Assembly: GCA_038534155.1 (NCBI GenBank) | Contig: JBCAXH010000006.1 | Span: forward strand, 50,829 to 114,828 | Source: Pseudomonadota bacterium | GTDB taxonomy: Bacteria; Pseudomonadota; Alphaproteobacteria; Rhodobacterales; Rhodobacteraceae | Direction: 5' to 3' | Length of the DNA stretch: 64,000 nt | In this document: positions 18,752 to 27,548 of the stretch, piece by piece | Layout of the letters: every line of letters starts with the position of its first letter | How positions within the stretch are numbered: position 1 is the first letter of the stretch | The notes under the pieces: generated by a model | Told to the model about the DNA's origin: nothing | The model's input: the letters and a program-made list of their open reading frames with translations, nothing else | Database searches by the model: none | Position numbers and translations under genes: made by a program

Positions 18752-20104
18752 TCACATCCAGATGTCGGATGTGACGTCGCCGCCCGGATAGCGCATCTCG
18801 TGGCAGCGGGAGGGCCCGTTCGGCTCGTTCCCGAAATCCACCACGAAGTCCGGATTGATCGACATGCCGCCGTTCTCCGTGTCGCAGTCGATCATGAACA
18901 TCTGCGCCCCCTTGTCCTTCATGTCCGGATAGAACTGGTTGTCCCAGGACGAGAAGAGCGAGGTCGTGGCGTAGAGCCGTTTGCCGTCCAGCGAGAGCTG
19001 GATCATCTGCGGCGCGCCCTGCACGGTCACCCCGTTCACCACCGGCGCCTTGCCGAGAAGCCCGCCGATCCAGACCTGCCCGGTCAGTTTCGGGTTCGCG
19101 GGGTCGGAGATGTCGTACTGCCTCAGATCGCCATGGAGCCAGTTGGCGAAATAAAGGAAGCGGTCGTCCATCGAGATCAGGATGTCTGTGATCAGCGACG
19201 GCATCGGCACGGGGAAGCTCTCGACCTCGATCGCCGGGATGTCGATCACCTTCTCGATCTCGAAATCCCCGTCATCCGTCTTCCACCAGCGGAAGACGTT
19301 GGACGACAGCGTCGCCGCGAACATGCCTTCGTTCGATTCCGGATCGTGCATGCCGCGGACTTCGAGCGGGATCATCCCCTCCGCGCCCATGTCGATCGAC
19401 TTGACGATTTTCTTGCCTTCGAAGTCCCAGAAATGGATCGACTGGCCGTATTTGCCCTTGCCGACGTCCTCGAGATCGAAGCCCGGCATGAACGTGTTCG
19501 GCGCGCCCCATTCGGAGGAGACCATCATGTTGTGCCGCGGCTGGTACCAGAAGTCGTAATTGTAGTTCATGCCGGTGATGTCGTTCTCCCACCTGCCGAC
19601 GATCTCGAACTCCTCGTTCACATGCAGGAACCCGCCCGGCGCATTTCCGTCGGCGTCGCCGAGCATGGAGATGATGATGTCCGGCCCGAGGCAATGCACC
19701 GTGTGCGGGGCGGAGAGATTGGTCTTCGCCTTGATCTCGTCGCCCGAGATCACCTTGTGAAGCTTGGGATTTTTCGCGTCCGACGTGTCGATGATGTTGA
19801 GGTTCGACGTCCGGACCCCCGGCATGATCAGATACTTCCGCTCCTTCGTCGCGTCCTGATGGCAGGAGGAGCAGGCGTTCCAGCCGGAATGGTGCAGCTC
19901 ATCCCCGATCTGGGGCATCTCGGTGCGCGCGACGACGCTGGAATAGGTCGGGCTTTCGGGGTCCACGTCGACCGTGGCGAGATAGTCGGGCGCCTCAACG
20001 CCGGTGCCGACGTATAGCGCGACGGTGTAGAGCAGTTTCTCCCGCTCCGCCTTCATCGCGTCAGCCGGCGAGGCGTAGCCGGGGCCGCAGCAATCCAGTG
20101 ACAT
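18752..20104 (-). CDS. SBP56/SELENBP1 family protein (methanethiol oxidase homolog), no signal peptide
   Basis: CCGPGY, PDYLATVDVDP, DELHHSGWNACSSC, YDFWYQPRHN, ITDILISMDDRFLYFANWLHGD, PQMIQLSLDGKRLY, HEMRYPGGDVTSDIW; RBS GGAGG. Confidence 0.93.
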   Translation of the reverse strand: MSLDCCGPGYASPADAMKAEREKLLYTVALYVGTGVEAPDYLATVDVDPESPTYSSVVARTEMPQIGDELHHSGWNACSSCHQDATKERKYLIMPGVRTSNLNIIDTSDAKNPKLHKVISGDEIKAKTNLSAPHTVHCLGPDIIISMLGDADGNAPGGFLHVNEEFEIVGRWENDITGMNYNYDFWYQPRHNMMVSSEWGAPNTFMPGFDLEDVGKGKYGQSIHFWDFEGKKIVKSIDMGAEGMIPLEVRGMHDPESNEGMFAATLSSNVFRWWKTDDGDFEIEKVIDIPAIEVESFPVPMPSLITDILISMDDRFLYFANWLHGDLRQYDISDPANPKLTGQVWIGGLLGKAPVVNGVTVQGAPQMIQLSLDGKRLYATTSLFSSWDNQFYPDMKDKGAQMFMIDCDTENGGMSINPDFVVDFGNEPNGPSRCHEMRYPGGDVTSDIWM

Positions 20105-20123
20105 GATTTTTCCTCCCTAGTTT

Positions 20124-20134
20124 TTGTCTGACAA
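20124..20134. promoter_or_regulatory. Palindromic operator candidate upstream of the SBP56 gene (GntR/FadR-like)
   Basis: TTGTC-T-GACAA, 20 nt upstream of the start codon. Confidence 0.45.
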
Positions 20135-20267
20135 TTAGCGGTCGCCGGGCGCCGCTTTGTCCAGCAAAATTCTGTTGAATATCTTGAGTTGTTTTCACTC
20201 AAAGAGCGAAGAGCGTAAGCCAGCCTCGTTTAAGGCGGCCTGACAGCCATCAGCGCAAATATTGACC

Positions 20268-20283
20268 CTTACGTTAACGTCAA
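20268..20283. promoter_or_regulatory. LiuR-like (MerR family) operator upstream of etfBA
   Basis: CTT-ACGTTAACGT-CAA with a perfect 10-bp core, immediately downstream of a TTGACC -35-like hexamer (20262-20267). Confidence 0.6.
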
Positions 20284-20430
20284 TATAGATAGGGCCAATC
20301 TGAGGCGCGGCGATTCGCACGGGCGGAAAGTCGCTTTCAGACGATGACGGATGACATCTCCCCGCGTAGAACGACGCGGATGCGAGTCGCCCCTATCCCG
20401 GGGCGGGAGAGGAAACGGAGTGAACGCGAA

Positions 20431-21192
20431 ATGAAGGTCCTGGTGCCTGTCAAACGCGTGATCGATTATAACGTGAAGGTTCGCGTGAAAGCGGACGGCA
20501 CGGGCGTCGATCTCGCCAATGTTAAAATGTCGATGAACCCCTTTGACGAAATCGCCGTGGAAGAGGCGATCCGTCTTAAGGAAGCGGGCAAGGCCGACGA
20601 AATCGTCGCCGTCTCCATCGGCGTGAAGCAGAGCCAGGAGACGCTCCGCACCGCCCTCGCTATGGGCGCGGACCGCGCGATCCTCGTCGTCGCCTCCGAA
20701 GACGTGAACACCGACATCGAGCCGCTGTCTGTCGCCAAGATCCTCGCCAAGATCGTTGAGGAGGAGGCCCCCGGCCTCGTGCTTTGCGGCAAGCAGGCGA
20801 TCGACAACGACATGAACGCGACGGGCCAGATGCTCTCTGCGCTCCTTGGCTGGTCGCAGGGCACCTACGCCTCCGAGGTCGACATCGACGGCGACAGCGC
20901 CAAGGTGACGCGCGAAGTCGACGGCGGCCTTCAGGTCGTCGACGTGAAGATGCCGGCGATCATCTCGGTCGACCTGCGTCTGAACGAGCCGCGCTACGCA
21001 TCGCTGCCGAACATCATGAAGGCGAAGAAGAAGCCGCTGGATGAGAAGACGCCCGCCGATTACGGCGTCGACGTCTCGCCGCGCCTGACCGTCGTCTCCA
21101 CCACCGAGCCGCCTGCGCGCGCCGCCGGCGTCAAGGTCGCCGACATCAACGAGCTGGTTGCGAAACTCAAAGACGAAGCGGGGGTTATCTGA
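20431..21192 (+). CDS. etfB: Electron transfer flavoprotein beta subunit
   Basis: Start moved to ATG 20431: [56 protein letters not shown]. Confidence 0.97.
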   Translation: MKVLVPVKRVIDYNVKVRVKADGTGVDLANVKMSMNPFDEIAVEEAIRLKEAGKADEIVAVSIGVKQSQETLRTALAMGADRAILVVASEDVNTDIEPLSVAKILAKIVEEEAPGLVLCGKQAIDNDMNATGQMLSALLGWSQGTYASEVDIDGDSAKVTREVDGGLQVVDVKMPAIISVDLRLNEPRYASLPNIMKAKKKPLDEKTPADYGVDVSPRLTVVSTTEPPARAAGVKVADINELVAKLKDEAGVI

Positions 21193-22121
21193 TGGCCGTT
21201 CTTCTTCTCGCCGAAATCGCCGGTGGCGAGCTTTCCGTCGATCAGACCGCGAAAGCGCTGACCGCAGTGAAATCGCTGGGCGACGTCACCATCCTTTGCG
21301 CCGACGAAGGCTGCGACGGGGCCGCTCAGGCCGCCGCCAAACTCGACGGCGTCTCCAAGGTGCTGTGCGCCTCCGACGCCGGTCACGCCCACGGCATGGC
21401 CGAGGCGGTCGCGTCCACGATCGTTTCGCTCGCGGGCGATTACGAGCACATCTGCGCCCCCGCCACCGTGCAGGGCAAGAACGTGCTGCCGCGCGTCGCG
21501 GCCATGCTGGATGCGATGGTCATCACCGACATCACCGAGGTGCGCGGCGCGGACGAGTTCGAGCGTCCGATCTACGCCGGCAACGCGTTGCAGGTCGTGA
21601 AGACCTCCGACGCGAAGAAGGTCTTCTCCATTCGCACCGCCGGCTTCGACGCCGCGGGCGAGGGCGTCTCCGCTCCGGTCGAGACCGTCGCGGCTGGTGA
21701 GAACCCGGGTCTTTCCTCCTGGGTTGAGGACAAATTCGCCTCGTCGGATCGTCCTGAGCTGACCTCCGCCAAGATCGTCATCTCCGGCGGTCGCGGCATC
21801 GGCTCCGCCGAGAACTTCGCGATCATCGAGAAGGTCGCGGACAAGCTCGGCGCCGCCGTCGGCGCTTCGCGCGCCGCGGTCGACTCGGGTTACGCGCCGA
21901 ACGACTGGCAGGTCGGCCAGACCGGCAAGGTCGTCGCGCCTGAGCTCTACATCGCCGTCGGCATCTCTGGCGCCATTCAGCACCTCGCGGGCATGAAGGA
22001 CTCGAAGATCATCGTCGCGATCAACAAGGATGAGGAAGCTCCGATCTTCCAGGTCGCCGACTACGGCCTGGTCGCGGACCTCTTCACCGCCGTGCCGGAG
22101 CTGGAAGCCGCTCTCGGCTGA
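21192..22121 (+). CDS. etfA: Electron transfer flavoprotein alpha subunit
   Basis: SGGRG, GASRAAVDSG, QVGQTGKVVAPELYIAVGISGAIQHLAGM; TGATG coupling to etfB. Confidence 0.97.
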   Translation: MAVLLLAEIAGGELSVDQTAKALTAVKSLGDVTILCADEGCDGAAQAAAKLDGVSKVLCASDAGHAHGMAEAVASTIVSLAGDYEHICAPATVQGKNVLPRVAAMLDAMVITDITEVRGADEFERPIYAGNALQVVKTSDAKKVFSIRTAGFDAAGEGVSAPVETVAAGENPGLSSWVEDKFASSDRPELTSAKIVISGGRGIGSAENFAIIEKVADKLGAAVGASRAAVDSGYAPNDWQVGQTGKVVAPELYIAVGISGAIQHLAGMKDSKIIVAINKDEEAPIFQVADYGLVADLFTAVPELEAALG

Positions 22122-22142
22122 TCCTTCACGCGCGGAATTTTG

Positions 22143-22175
22143 GGGCGGCCGTTACTAACGGCCGCCCTTTTCTTT
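22143..22175 (+). terminator. Intrinsic terminator after etfA
   Basis: GGGCGGCCGTT-ACT-AACGGCCGCCC-TTTTCTTT. Confidence 0.85.
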
Positions 22176-24042
22176 ACGCGAGAAGAGACAGGATCGGCGT
22201 CGTCGCGGCGGTTGCGCCGAACGAGCCGCTGTCTCGGGTCGTGCCCAAGGCGAAAAGAGTGCGTATCTGGTCAAGCCGTTCAGGCTCCAGAAACTCGGCG
22301 ACTTCATCGGTGCCGAATGTGCGCACCGCCCGATCCTTGAAAATCTCAACCTGCTTGTCGACGTCGATCGCAGCTGAGGCGTCCGGCACCCCGAGTGCGC
22401 GGGCGACGACCGTCCGCAACGGGCCCGTTCCAAGGATCTGGAACCATCGCGCGTCATTGGAGCGAACCTGGCGGACCACGTTCTCCAGACCGGTCTGAAG
22501 GCTCAGCCCCAGCCGGAGGTCGACATTCTGCTCTCCAACGCTGATTTCGAAGGCGTTGGCGATGTAATCATCGATGATCGCCTCGGCGAAGCCCGGGGGA
22601 AACCGGTTCTCCGGCGGGGTGAATGAGAAGTTCAACGCGCTTTGAAGGGTCGCGTATCTGGTGTCGGAGATGGATCCGATGACCGATAGCGGGTCGTCAG
22701 GTTGCGCCGAAAGAACCCTTTGCGCGAACTCTAGGCCGATGACATCGCGGGGCAGGTCGAGCAAGCGGAGCGTGTTGATCGTCAGGTTCGCGTTGTCGAA
22801 GAACTCCTCCGCCGTGCTGGGTGAATTCAGGAGCGCTCCGGCGCTCTGTGCGAAAGCGGCGATCGGCGACGTGGTCGGGGCGCCGGCCTGCCCGGTGACG
22901 GGATCGAAATCGAAGGCCTTGGCGAAGGCGATCTGCCGGGCATCGCCGCTGACATTCGCCGGTGAGGCGGCGTCCGCCGTGTCGGAGAGGAGGATGTCGC
23001 GCAAGGCGCTGTCGGCGACCACGTCTTCGGTGAGACCGAAAACGGCTCGGGAGAGGCTCACCAGCTCTTCATCCGCGAGAAAGCCGTCGACGGTTTCAAA
23101 TGACGCGGGCCGCGCATCGAAGATTTCCGCGAGCCGATAGACGCTTTCCCTCTCGCCTTTGCGATTAGCGAAGTCGAAGGCCCGCGCGATTTCGAGCAGT
23201 GCGGGATCGCCGAGCGTATTCGCGAGCGAAGCGGGATCGGAGAGGTCGCTGTCGAGTACCTGGCCGACCAGAAGCGGGTTGGACGCGAACTGCTCCGCCC
23301 CGAAGGCGCGCAGCACCCGCTGGAGAAGAAGGGGGTCCTCCAGAAGATCCGACGACGTTTCAACGCTTTGGAGCCGATCAGCGACAAATTCCGAAACCCG
23401 CTCCAGAACCGCCTCGGGAGCGCCGACGCGGTTCGGCTGGAGCGCTGATGCGAATTCGACATAACGCGGATCGTCCAGCCGGTTCACCAGCGCGTTCGGG
23501 TCGGAGACGTCGGATTCCAGAACGCGTTTCAGGAAGTCGGGCTGGGAGGCGTCGCGCTGAAGGTCGAACACTTCGAGCGCGCGTTCGAGAAGAGGTTCGT
23601 TGCGCCGTGTGAAGAGCGAATCCACGTCGGGTAATCCGCGCAAGAGCGGCGCGATCGCGTCTTTCGGAGATGATTGCGGAAGCTGCGCGCCGCCATCGCC
23701 GCCGAAATTGAACGCCTGCGCGAACTCGGTATAGCGACGATCGGCGAGGCGGTTGGCGAAGGAGCTTCGGTCCGCGATGTCGGATTCGAGGATCCGTTTC
23801 AGGAAGGCGCCCTTGTCGATATCGTCCTGCAGACCGAAAGCGGTGAGCGCGACGCGAAGCAACTGCCGGTCGCCGAGCAGCTCATCCGCCGTCTCTACGC
23901 TCGTCAGGCGCGCGCGGACCGCCTCGATATCGCTGCGGGCGGAGGGATCGGCGCGCAGCCGCGCCTCCTGATCCGAGCGCGTCGTCTCCAGAAAATTCAG
24001 CGCCGAGAGGCCGGAGCCGGCGATCAGGGGCGTGAACACCAT
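22174..24042 (-). CDS. DUF1217 family protein with five internal repeats
   Basis: N-terminal GSGLSALNFLETTRSDQE; repeated LL.D..LL...L.AFGL......FL.R.L.SD..D..S.AN.L.D.RY..FA.AF.F units; C-terminal WF.ILG..PLR.V...ALG.P...A..D.DKQ. Confidence 0.75.
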   Translation of the reverse strand: MVFTPLIAGSGLSALNFLETTRSDQEARLRADPSARSDIEAVRARLTSVETADELLGDRQLLRVALTAFGLQDDIDKGAFLKRILESDIADRSSFANRLADRRYTEFAQAFNFGGDGGAQLPQSSPKDAIAPLLRGLPDVDSLFTRRNEPLLERALEVFDLQRDASQPDFLKRVLESDVSDPNALVNRLDDPRYVEFASALQPNRVGAPEAVLERVSEFVADRLQSVETSSDLLEDPLLLQRVLRAFGAEQFASNPLLVGQVLDSDLSDPASLANTLGDPALLEIARAFDFANRKGERESVYRLAEIFDARPASFETVDGFLADEELVSLSRAVFGLTEDVVADSALRDILLSDTADAASPANVSGDARQIAFAKAFDFDPVTGQAGAPTTSPIAAFAQSAGALLNSPSTAEEFFDNANLTINTLRLLDLPRDVIGLEFAQRVLSAQPDDPLSVIGSISDTRYATLQSALNFSFTPPENRFPPGFAEAIIDDYIANAFEISVGEQNVDLRLGLSLQTGLENVVRQVRSNDARWFQILGTGPLRTVVARALGVPDASAAIDVDKQVEIFKDRAVRTFGTDEVAEFLEPERLDQIRTLFALGTTRDSGSFGATAATTPILSLLA

Positions 24043-24218
24043 CGGTCGTTTCCTTCACTCGCGAGGCGGCTCGATCCACCGCCGACGCACCGACCTCCGT
24101 CGCACGCAGGTCTGAATCATGCATGAAGAGGCGACGACCTATTGCGTTCATTTCTTTGGAAATTTGCACATTGGTCGGATAAATGGCTTTGGCTTTAGGC
24201 GCTGGGAGCAAGGTGGAA

Positions 24219-24629
24219 ATGAACGTCGACCCAACCCGTGAACAGTTCACCGTCTTTAAGGACCTGCCGCGCGATCAGCCGGTGAACATGCTCAACCTCG
24301 TGAAGCTGCTCGACAAGGCGACCTACGCCGATGGGCGCGACGCCACTGGCGCGGAGGCCTACGCCGCCTATGGCCGCGAAAGCGCGCCGATCTTCCAGCG
24401 GGTTGGCGGTTCGATCCTCTGGCGCGGGGCGCCCGAATGCGTGCTCATCGGCCCGGCGGAGGAGGCGTGGGACATCGCCTTCATCGCCCGATACCCGACG
24501 GGCGGCGCGTTTCTCGAAATGGTCACTGACCCCGCCTATCAGGCCATCGTCTTTCATCGTCAGGCGGCGGTGGTCGATAGCCGCCTGATCCGCATGGCCG
24601 ACCTTCCGCAGGGGGGCGTCTTCGGGTGA
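24219..24629 (+). CDS. DUF1330 family protein
   Basis: Start moved to ATG 24219; PVNMLNLVK, GAEAYAAY, GGSILW.G, WDIAFIARYP, HRQAAV.DSRLI. Confidence 0.75.
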   Translation: MNVDPTREQFTVFKDLPRDQPVNMLNLVKLLDKATYADGRDATGAEAYAAYGRESAPIFQRVGGSILWRGAPECVLIGPAEEAWDIAFIARYPTGGAFLEMVTDPAYQAIVFHRQAAVVDSRLIRMADLPQGGVFG

Positions 24630-24743
24630 CGCTTCTGCGACAGCCGCGCTCTTTACGAAAACCGGCGCGCGGCCTAGGCTTCGCCGCAATGCAACATAAC
24701 CAAAAGACGGGTCGCGCATGACGGCCCGCGCGGGGTTCGAAAC

Positions 24744-25619
24744 ATGACGATCAAGACGGTTGGCGTCGTCGGCGCCGGTCAGATGGGCAACGGCATCGCT
24801 CATGTCTTCGCCCTCGCAGGGTACGAAGTCCTCCTGAACGACATCGACGAAGACCGCGTGACGCGCGCGATGGGCCTGATCGGCGACAATATGGGCCGCC
24901 AGGTCGCGCGCGATCTGATCGACGAAGTCGACATGAAGGCCGGCCTAGCCCGGATCAATCCCGCGAAAACCCTCGCCGATATCGGCAGGACCGACCTCGT
25001 CATCGAAGCCGCGACGGAGAAGGAAGAGGTCAAGCAGGGCATCTTCGACGCGGTGCTGCCGCATCTGAAGCCCGACACGATCCTGACCACGAACACCTCT
25101 TCGATCTCGATCACCCGCCTCGCGTCGCGCACCGACCGGCCGGAGCGGTTCATGGGCTTCCATTTCATGAACCCGGTGCCGTTGATGCAACTGGTGGAGT
25201 TGATCCGTGGTATCGCGACGGACGAGCAGACGTTCGATACGCTGAAAGGCGTAGTGGACAACCTCGGCAAGACCTCCGCCTCCGCCGAGGATTTCCCAGC
25301 CTTCATCGTCAACCGCATCCTGATGCCGATGATCAACGAGGCGATCTACACGCTCTACGAAGGCGTCGGCACAGTGGAGAGCATCGACACCTCGCTGAAA
25401 CTCGGCGCCAATCACCCGATGGGGCCGCTGCAGCTCGCCGATTTCATCGGCCTCGATATCTGCCTCGCCATCATGAACGTACTGCACGAGGGACTGGCGG
25501 ATACGAAATACCGCCCCTGTCCGCTTCTCGTGAAATATGTCGAGGCCGGCTGGCTCGGTAAGAAGTCCAAGCGCGGGTTTTATGATTACCGCGGCGATCA
25601 CCCGGTCCCCACACGTTAA
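24744..25619 (+). CDS. hbd: 3-hydroxybutyryl-CoA dehydrogenase
   Basis: VGVVGAGQMGNGIA, VIEAATE, TNTSSISIT, GFHFMNP, PAFIVNRILMPMINEA, HPMGPLQLADFIGLD. Confidence 0.93.
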   Translation: MTIKTVGVVGAGQMGNGIAHVFALAGYEVLLNDIDEDRVTRAMGLIGDNMGRQVARDLIDEVDMKAGLARINPAKTLADIGRTDLVIEAATEKEEVKQGIFDAVLPHLKPDTILTTNTSSISITRLASRTDRPERFMGFHFMNPVPLMQLVELIRGIATDEQTFDTLKGVVDNLGKTSASAEDFPAFIVNRILMPMINEAIYTLYEGVGTVESIDTSLKLGANHPMGPLQLADFIGLDICLAIMNVLHEGLADTKYRPCPLLVKYVEAGWLGKKSKRGFYDYRGDHPVPTR

Positions 25620-25717
25620 AGTAATCACGTCGAAACAATACGTTCAGCGAAAAATCATTGTAATTTCAGGCGCGACGGCCAACCTCTAGGGGCAACCAAG
25701 TCCCAGGGAGACGTCCC

Positions 25718-26293
25718 ATGTTCACACGCGCCCTCGCCGCCGTTCTCATTCCGCTTTCGCTCATTGCGTCCCCGCTCGGCGCCGCTGAATGGAAGCTCGA
25801 CAAAAGCCACGCCCACGCGACCTTCATGGCCGATCACCTCGGCTTCTCCACGGTTCAGGGCCAGTTCCGGAAGTTCGACGCCGACATTGTTTTCGACGAA
25901 GACAATATCGAAAACGCCGAGGTTAAGGTCGTCATCGACGCGACCAGTCTCGACACCGGTTGGCCGGCGCGGGACAAACATGTGAAGTCGAAGGATTTCC
26001 TCGATGTGAAAAACCATCCCGAGATCACCTTCGTCTCCAAAACCGTTCGCCTGACGGGCGAAAACACCGCCGACGTCACGGGCGATCTGACGATCCGCGG
26101 CGTCACGCGGGAGGAGGTCTTCAAGGCCAAGATGCGCCGTCTCGCGCCTTCGCCGTTCAATCCCGATCAGATCATCGCCGGGTTCGAGATCGCCGGCGAA
26201 GTTGATCGGACGAACTACGACATGACCTACGGCGCTCCGGCGATCGGCGTGATGATCCCGATCCGGATCGACGTTCAGATCGACAAGCAGTAG
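25718..26293 (+). CDS. YceI family polyisoprenoid-binding protein
   Basis: Signal peptide, WKLDKSH, HLGFS..QGQF, SLDTG...RDKH, GDLTIRGVT. Confidence 0.9.
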   Translation: MFTRALAAVLIPLSLIASPLGAAEWKLDKSHAHATFMADHLGFSTVQGQFRKFDADIVFDEDNIENAEVKVVIDATSLDTGWPARDKHVKSKDFLDVKNHPEITFVSKTVRLTGENTADVTGDLTIRGVTREEVFKAKMRRLAPSPFNPDQIIAGFEIAGEVDRTNYDMTYGAPAIGVMIPIRIDVQIDKQ

Positions 26294-26305
26294 GCGGAGA
26301 TCGTC

Positions 26306-26881
26306 ATGCCGCGCTGGATCGCGACTTTTCTGATCGCGGTCCTCGCCGCGTCGACAGCTCCTTCAACGTCAGACGCCGAGCCGCGCGAATGGCGCATCGA
26401 CCAGGCGCAATCGGCGCTCGCCATCGTTTACCTGATCGACGGGCGAGAGCAGCGGGGCGGCTTCGCCCGCTACTCCGGCGAAGCGCGGTTCGATCCCGAC
26501 GACCTCTCCACCGCGGAGCTGGAGTTGACCATCGAGACCGACAGCTTCGATGCGGGCGAGGCCTTCGCGAACGCCGTCGTCCGCAGCGTCGACTGGCTGC
26601 ATGTCGATGGGCACCCGCAAGCGCGCTATGTCCTGAAATCGCTGGAGCCGCTCGGCGGCGAGCGCTACCGCGCGACGGGGGAGTTGACGATGCGCGGGGC
26701 GACGGGCGTGGTCGTCGGCGAGATGACGCTTTCAATATCGGAGACGGCGGCGCAAGCGACCGGCGCAGTCGACTTCAATCGTAAGGAATACGGCGTCGGG
26801 GTCGGTTTCACGACCCTGTTCGTCGAGGTGGGCGCCGTCGTCGCGGTCGATTTCGATCTGACTGCGAAGCCCAAGGAGTGA
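26306..26881 (+). CDS. YceI family protein (second paralog)
   Basis: Signal peptide, WRIDQAQS, F.P.DL..A, GELTMRG, FNRKEYGVG. Confidence 0.8.
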   Translation: MPRWIATFLIAVLAASTAPSTSDAEPREWRIDQAQSALAIVYLIDGREQRGGFARYSGEARFDPDDLSTAELELTIETDSFDAGEAFANAVVRSVDWLHVDGHPQARYVLKSLEPLGGERYRATGELTMRGATGVVVGEMTLSISETAAQATGAVDFNRKEYGVGVGFTTLFVEVGAVVAVDFDLTAKPKE

Positions 26882-26884
26882 GTG

Positions 26885-27454
26885 ATGAGCGTGCGTAACA
26901 CTAAAGAAGGCTGGGGCTGGCCCGCCCGCCTGATCCACTGGAGCGTCAGCCTGATGATCCTCGGCCTGCTCGGGGTCGGTTTCTTCATGGCGAACTTCGT
27001 GGATGATATCGGCCTCCAGTTCACGCTGACCCAAATTCACAAGAGCTGGGGCTTCACCGTCTTCGTCCTCGTGCTGATCCGCATGGTCTGGCGCTTCATG
27101 AACCCGACCCCGCAGCTCCCCGCCGCCATGTCGCCGGTTGAGCGGGGCCTCGCCCATGGTGGCCACCTCGCGCTTTATGTTCTGATGCTCGCGATGCCGT
27201 TGAGCGGTTGGCTGATGTCCTCCGCTTCTCCGCTGCAGGAGCTGTATGGGATCAAGAACAAGGTCTTCAGCCTCTTCGAGATGCCGGACCCCTTCGTCCC
27301 CGGGTCGAAGGAACTGGAGGATGTCTTCGCCAACATCCACTATTTCTGCGCCATCGCGCTGTCCGTAGTCGTGCTCGCTCATGCGGCCGCCGCTCTGAAG
27401 CATCACTTCATCGAGAAAGACAACGTCTTGCGCCGCATGATCCTCGGCAGGTGA
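26885..27454 (+). CDS. Cytochrome b561 (YceJ-like)
   Basis: RLIHW, IHKSWG, HLALYVLMLAMPLSGW, HAAAALKHHFIEKDNVLRRM. Confidence 0.9.
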   Translation: MSVRNTKEGWGWPARLIHWSVSLMILGLLGVGFFMANFVDDIGLQFTLTQIHKSWGFTVFVLVLIRMVWRFMNPTPQLPAAMSPVERGLAHGGHLALYVLMLAMPLSGWLMSSASPLQELYGIKNKVFSLFEMPDPFVPGSKELEDVFANIHYFCAIALSVVVLAHAAAALKHHFIEKDNVLRRMILGR

Positions 27455-27548
27455 ACGATTAACCCCCCTCCGGCGCGGGGCGTGCGCCGGAGGAGGGACA
27501 GACGGCGCCTGAGGGGGTCGCCGCGCCGCTGTTCTGTGGCCTGGGGGA

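Noticed and set aside
25718-27454. yceI-yceI-cytochrome b561 triplet as a novel redox system
   Set aside because: This arrangement is common in alphaproteobacteria.
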